Below the pieces are notes generated by a model, which saw only the letters and a list, made by a program, of their open reading frames with translations, did no database searches and was not told where the DNA came from. Both the position numbers and the translations under genes were made by a program. A stretch of DNA of 64,000 nucleotides. Source: Candidatus Iainarchaeum sp. Its GTDB lineage: Archaea; Iainarchaeota; Iainarchaeia; Iainarchaeales; GCA-2688035. Where the stretch lies: positions 32,001-96,000 of the forward strand of contig JAFCCL010000007.1 of NCBI GenBank assembly GCA_017610205.1, given 5' to 3'. Positions 60,420 to 64,000 of this stretch are shown here, piece by piece. The stretch's first letter is position 1. Each line of letters opens with the position of its first letter.

Positions 60420-62042
60420 ATGGGTATTGAAGGAGATGCATACAGGTACGCAGTAAAAAATGCTATTTTGCACAATGGCAAGGCAAGCTCTGGAGCAATT
60501 GTGGGAAAAATTAAGGCACTTTACCCAAAGCTTGACATAAAAAAAACAATGGAAATTGCACTTGAAGCCGTAAAAAAGGCAAACTCGCTTGACGAAAATG
60601 AACTTAAAAAAGAATTTGAAAAATTTGAAAAACAGGGATGGGAACTAAAGCCAAAAGAAAAAGAGGAAAAATTGCCATTGCTTGAATGGGCAAAAAAGGA
60701 AAAAGTAGTAACAAGATATGCTCCAAATCCCAACGGCCCTTTTCATTTAGGAAATGCAAGAACAGCAGTGCTAAGCAAAGAGTATGCAAAAAGGCATGAT
60801 GGCAAATTTATTTTGCGATTTGACGACACAGATCCAAAGGTAAAAAAGCCAATAGCAAACGCAGAACGAATTTTTAAAGAAGACCTGCACTGGCTTGACT
60901 GTGACCCTGACGAAACATTTTTTGCATCAGACAGACTTGATATTTACTACAGCTACCTTAAAACTACACTGCAAAAAGGCTTTGCATACATTTGCCAGTG
61001 CAAATCAGAGGAATGGCGTGAAAAGATTAAGAAAAAACAGGCATGCCCATGCAGGGAAATTAAGGCAAGGGAACAGGTTAAATTGTTTGACAAAATGCTG
61101 AAAGGAGAAGTAAAAGAGGGAACAGCAGTCATTCGCATCAAAACAAACCTTGAACACAAGGATCCAAGCACTAGGGATTGGTGGGCTGCAAAAATTGTTG
61201 ACAAAGCAATTCATACAAATCCAAATGCAATAGGAAAACATGTTTGGCCAAGCTACAATTTTGCCTCAGCAATTGACGACCACTTGCTTAAAGTTACACT
61301 TGTTATAAGAGGACAGGAGCACGAGCAAAACAAAACCAAACAGGAATTCCTTTACAAATATCTTGGATGGAAATATCCGCACTGCTTTCACATTGGAAGA
61401 ATTAGCCTGCCTGGATTAATGCTTAGCACAAGCAAAATAAAAGAAGGAATAGAAAAGGGGCAGTACTCTGGATGGGATGACCCAAGGCTTGGCACAATAA
61501 GGGCTTTTAGAAGAAGGGGTTTTAAGCCAGAGGTTTTGAAAGAAGCATTGTTTGATTTGGGCGTTAACACAAACGATTCAGTTGTCCAGTGGGCAAAATT
61601 AATTGACTTAAATAAAAAGCTTATTGAACCTGAAAGTGAAAGAATGGCTTTTTTTGAAGAGCCATTACAGCTTGACATTCATCTTGCCCCAGGCCAGATG
61701 GGAAAATTGCTTGTAAACAAAAAGGCTTTTGAAAAATTCAAAAAAGGAAATGTTGTAAGACTAAGGCAACTTTTTAATGTTAAAATTACAAAAAAAGACC
61801 CTTTGCAGGTTTTTGCAGATTTTGTCGGAACAGCAAAAGTAAACAAGCCAATTGTCGGATGGTTCAGGGAAGGAAAAGATGTTGAAATTGTAATGGACGA
61901 CGACTCAAAAAAGCTTGGAATTGCCGACAATAAAATTGCAGGAAAAGAAAAAGGCGACAGAGTATACTTTGACGGTCTTGGATTCTGCATAATTGACGCA
62001 ATTGAAGAAGGAAAAATAATGCTAAGATTTACGCACAAGTAA
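60420..62042 (+). CDS. gltX: Glutamyl-tRNA synthetase (archaeal type)
   Basis: RYAPNPNGPFHLGNAR, LRFDDTDP, LSTSK, GWDDPRL. Confidence 0.97.
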   Translation: MGIEGDAYRYAVKNAILHNGKASSGAIVGKIKALYPKLDIKKTMEIALEAVKKANSLDENELKKEFEKFEKQGWELKPKEKEEKLPLLEWAKKEKVVTRYAPNPNGPFHLGNARTAVLSKEYAKRHDGKFILRFDDTDPKVKKPIANAERIFKEDLHWLDCDPDETFFASDRLDIYYSYLKTTLQKGFAYICQCKSEEWREKIKKKQACPCREIKAREQVKLFDKMLKGEVKEGTAVIRIKTNLEHKDPSTRDWWAAKIVDKAIHTNPNAIGKHVWPSYNFASAIDDHLLKVTLVIRGQEHEQNKTKQEFLYKYLGWKYPHCFHIGRISLPGLMLSTSKIKEGIEKGQYSGWDDPRLGTIRAFRRRGFKPEVLKEALFDLGVNTNDSVVQWAKLIDLNKKLIEPESERMAFFEEPLQLDIHLAPGQMGKLLVNKKAFEKFKKGNVVRLRQLFNVKITKKDPLQVFADFVGTAKVNKPIVGWFREGKDVEIVMDDDSKKLGIADNKIAGKEKGDRVYFDGLGFCIIDAIEEGKIMLRFTHK

Positions 62043-62197
62043 AAAAAAGAGGTGTTTGATATCACAAAAATTGGAAAAAAGGAAAGCCCGAATACGAGAA
62101 AATGGAAGAGAATAAAACAGGAAAAAATAGAGTAATTGCCTGGATTAACAAGCTTTTTAAACATTCTCAGGGACAATTATTTTAGGAAAAAATTCTT

Positions 62198-62257
62198 TTT
62201 TCTGCCGATGAAAAATGAAGCCGCTTTTTAAGGCGGCGGAGGAGGTGTAGCAGAAAA
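62198..62257 (+). promoter_or_regulatory. Structured rpl7ae leader, candidate K-turn-like autoregulatory site
   Basis: Outer stem TTTTCTGC/GCAGAAAA, inner stem GCCGC/GCGGC, GA motifs CGATGA, ATGAA and GGAGGA overlapping the RBS. Confidence 0.65.
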
Positions 62258-62622
62258 TGGCTAACTTAGTGAAATTTGAGGTTCCTGAGAAACTTATGCA
62301 GGAACAGCTTTCCGTTGTTGAAAAAGCAAAAGGCAAGGGAAAAATAAAAATTGGAGTAAACGAAGTAACAAAAGCTATTGAAAGAGGCGTTGCAAAGCTT
62401 GTGCTGATTGCACAGGATGTTAGCCCTCCTGAAATAGTTATGCATTTGCCTTTGCTGTGCAAGGAAAAAAATGTACCTGTTAGTGTTGTCCAAACCAAAA
62501 AGGCATTGGGTGAAAAAACAGGCATTGCAGTTAGCACTGCAGCAATCGCAGTTATTGACGAAGGTGATGCAAAAAAGGAGCTGGCTGAAGTGGTAAAAAA
62601 AATCACTGAGCTTGCAAAGTAA
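62257..62622 (+). CDS. rpl7ae: 50S ribosomal protein L7Ae
   Basis: GVNEVTKAIERG, DVSPPEIVMHLP. Confidence 0.97.
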   Translation: MANLVKFEVPEKLMQEQLSVVEKAKGKGKIKIGVNEVTKAIERGVAKLVLIAQDVSPPEIVMHLPLLCKEKNVPVSVVQTKKALGEKTGIAVSTAAIAVIDEGDAKKELAEVVKKITELAK

Positions 62623-62634
62623 GGTGGTTTAATA

Positions 62635-62841
62635 ATGGATGCGGGAACACCGGCAGAAGTTGTTGAAATTGTAAAAAGGACAGGCGTTCACGGAGAGGTA
62701 ACGCAGGTCCTGTGCAAAATTCTTGAAGGCATTGAAAAAGGCCGTGTAAAAAGAAGAAATTGCAAGGGCAATGTACAAAAAGGAGATGTCTTGATTCTCT
62801 TAAATACTGAAAGAGAAGCCAAGGAAATAAAAACAAGGTAA
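62635..62841 (+). CDS. rps28e: 30S ribosomal protein S28e
   Basis: PAEVVEI..RTGVHGE.TQV, TEREA. Confidence 0.96.
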   Translation: MDAGTPAEVVEIVKRTGVHGEVTQVLCKILEGIEKGRVKRRNCKGNVQKGDVLILLNTEREAKEIKTR

Positions 62842-62859
62842 GGGAGAGTGTTGAAAAAA

Positions 62860-63144
62860 ATGGCGGAATGTTCTTTTTGCGGTAAAAAATTGAAGCTAGG
62901 AACAGGCTTTTTGTATGTAAAAAAAGATGGCACAGCCTTGTTTTTCTGCAGCAGAAAATGTGAAAAAAATCTGCTAAAACTTAAAAGAAAGCCAATTGCT
63001 ACAAAGTGGACAAAGGCATATATCAAAGCCAAGGAAGCAAGCAAAGCAGGCTCAAAGAAAGTTAAAAAAGAAAGGGTTGTAGAAAAAAAGGAAAAACCAA
63101 AGAAAACAAAGAAGAAGAAAGTTAGGAAAAAGAAAAAGAGGTGA
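62860..63144 (+). CDS. rpl24e: 50S ribosomal protein L24e with Lys-rich tail
   Basis: CSFCG, GTG..YVKKDG, FCSRKC, KWT. Confidence 0.96.
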   Translation: MAECSFCGKKLKLGTGFLYVKKDGTALFFCSRKCEKNLLKLKRKPIATKWTKAYIKAKEASKAGSKKVKKERVVEKKEKPKKTKKKKVRKKKKR

Positions 63145-63152
63145 AAGTAAGT

Positions 63153-63626
63153 ATGCGGCAGACTCTGGTAATCATAAAACCTGATGCAGTAAACAGATGC
63201 ATTGCAGGCAAAGTAATTCAAAGATTTGAAGAAAAAGGCCTGCAGATAAAGGCAATGAAAATGGAGCTGCTGCAGCCATATGTCCTCAAAGAACACTATG
63301 CCCACCTCAAAGATAAAAAGTTCTTTGAGGGTCTTATAAGCTATATGGCAAGCATTCCAAGCATGCTAATGATTTTGGAAGGAAAGGATGCTGTAAAGGT
63401 TGTAAGGAAAATGGTTGGTTCAACCCAGGGAAGGGATGCAGAGCCGGGAACAATAAGAGGCGACTACAGTGTAAGCAACCAGTCAAACATAGTGCACGCT
63501 TCTGAAAACGAGGAAGCAGCAAAAGAAGAAATTAAAAGATTTTTCAAAAAAGAGGAAATCTATGAATACAAAAAAATGGACTTTGATTGGATTTACAGCA
63601 GAGACGAAACATATATGAAAAAGTAA
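63153..63626 (+). CDS. ndk: Nucleoside diphosphate kinase
   Basis: IIKPDAV, PGTIRGD, NIVHAS. Confidence 0.97.
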   Translation: MRQTLVIIKPDAVNRCIAGKVIQRFEEKGLQIKAMKMELLQPYVLKEHYAHLKDKKFFEGLISYMASIPSMLMILEGKDAVKVVRKMVGSTQGRDAEPGTIRGDYSVSNQSNIVHASENEEAAKEEIKRFFKKEEIYEYKKMDFDWIYSRDETYMKK

Positions 63627-63643
63627 TTTGGAAAAGTGTTTGA

Positions 63644-64000
63644 ATGGAAGTAAAGGTAAAAAAAATTCACGAAGATGCAAAAATTCCAGCATATGCCCAC
63701 GAGGGAGACAGCGGAATGGACCTTTACTCTGTAGAGGACGCGGTGCTGCAACCGGGCGAAATAAAGGTTGTGGGAACAGGACTGCAGTTTTCAATGCCAA
63801 AGGGCTTTGAAATACAGGTAAGGCCAAAAACAGGTCTTACATCCAAATTCGGGCTCACAGTACTGAACACGCCAGGAACAATTGATTCAGGCTACAGGGG
63901 AGAAGCAAAAGTAATACTAATCAACCTTGGAAAGGAAGCCTACAAGGTTGAAAAAGGAAAAAAAATTGCACAAATGGTAATAGCAAAAGTTGAAGAAGCC
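63644..64000 (+). CDS. dut: dUTPase (bacterial-like trimeric type), runs off the window end; absent from ORF track
   Basis: MEVKVKKIHEDAKIPAYAHEGDSGMDL...QVRPKTGL...NTPGTIDSGYRGE...IAQMV. Confidence 0.94.
   Translation, partial: MEVKVKKIHEDAKIPAYAHEGDSGMDLYSVEDAVLQPGEIKVVGTGLQFSMPKGFEIQVRPKTGLTSKFGLTVLNTPGTIDSGYRGEAKVILINLGKEAYKVEKGKKIAQMVIAKVEEA

Noticed and set aside
63628-63810. 60-aa ORF in the track
   Set aside because: Wrong frame; the real gene is dut starting at 63644

Overview
Archaeal chromosomal segment, almost all on the + strand. Split rpoB''/B' and rpoA'/A'', archaeal-type r-proteins and a BHB tRNA intron show it is archaeal; gene content and divergence suggest a DPANN lineage such as Iainarchaeota/Diapherotrites (inference only). 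1-15.3 kb is accessory. It holds a ferredoxin/FTR/thioredoxin/CcdA redox cluster, an orphan DNA methyltransferase, a mini-SWIB gene, tRNA-Asp followed by an integrase-less island bounded by a ~150-bp repeat, a Cys-rich fibre-like gene with a decayed paralog, a second Grx/CcdA module and two antiporters. 15.6-33.5 kb is the RNAP-str cluster, interrupted by a pseI-like gene, followed by rpiB, NUDIX, archease and rtcB. 33.5-37.4 kb encodes surface proteins and an H1-like basic protein. 37.6-58.2 kb is a fused S10-spc-alpha-L18e superoperon with an intron-containing tRNA-Leu; gltX, L7Ae-S28e-L24e-ndk and dut follow. Main novelties: (i) a dispersed family of tandem-GA/triloop hairpins, two of them inside mini-ORFs bridging essential operon genes; (ii) tandem cassettes at tRNA-Asp; (iii) a possible ferredoxin-driven trans-membrane disulfide relay alongside very Cys-rich surface proteins; (iv) substitutions across the RNAP active centre; (v) widespread Lys/Glu tails on r-proteins; (vi) structured leaders upstream of rpl3 and rpl7ae.
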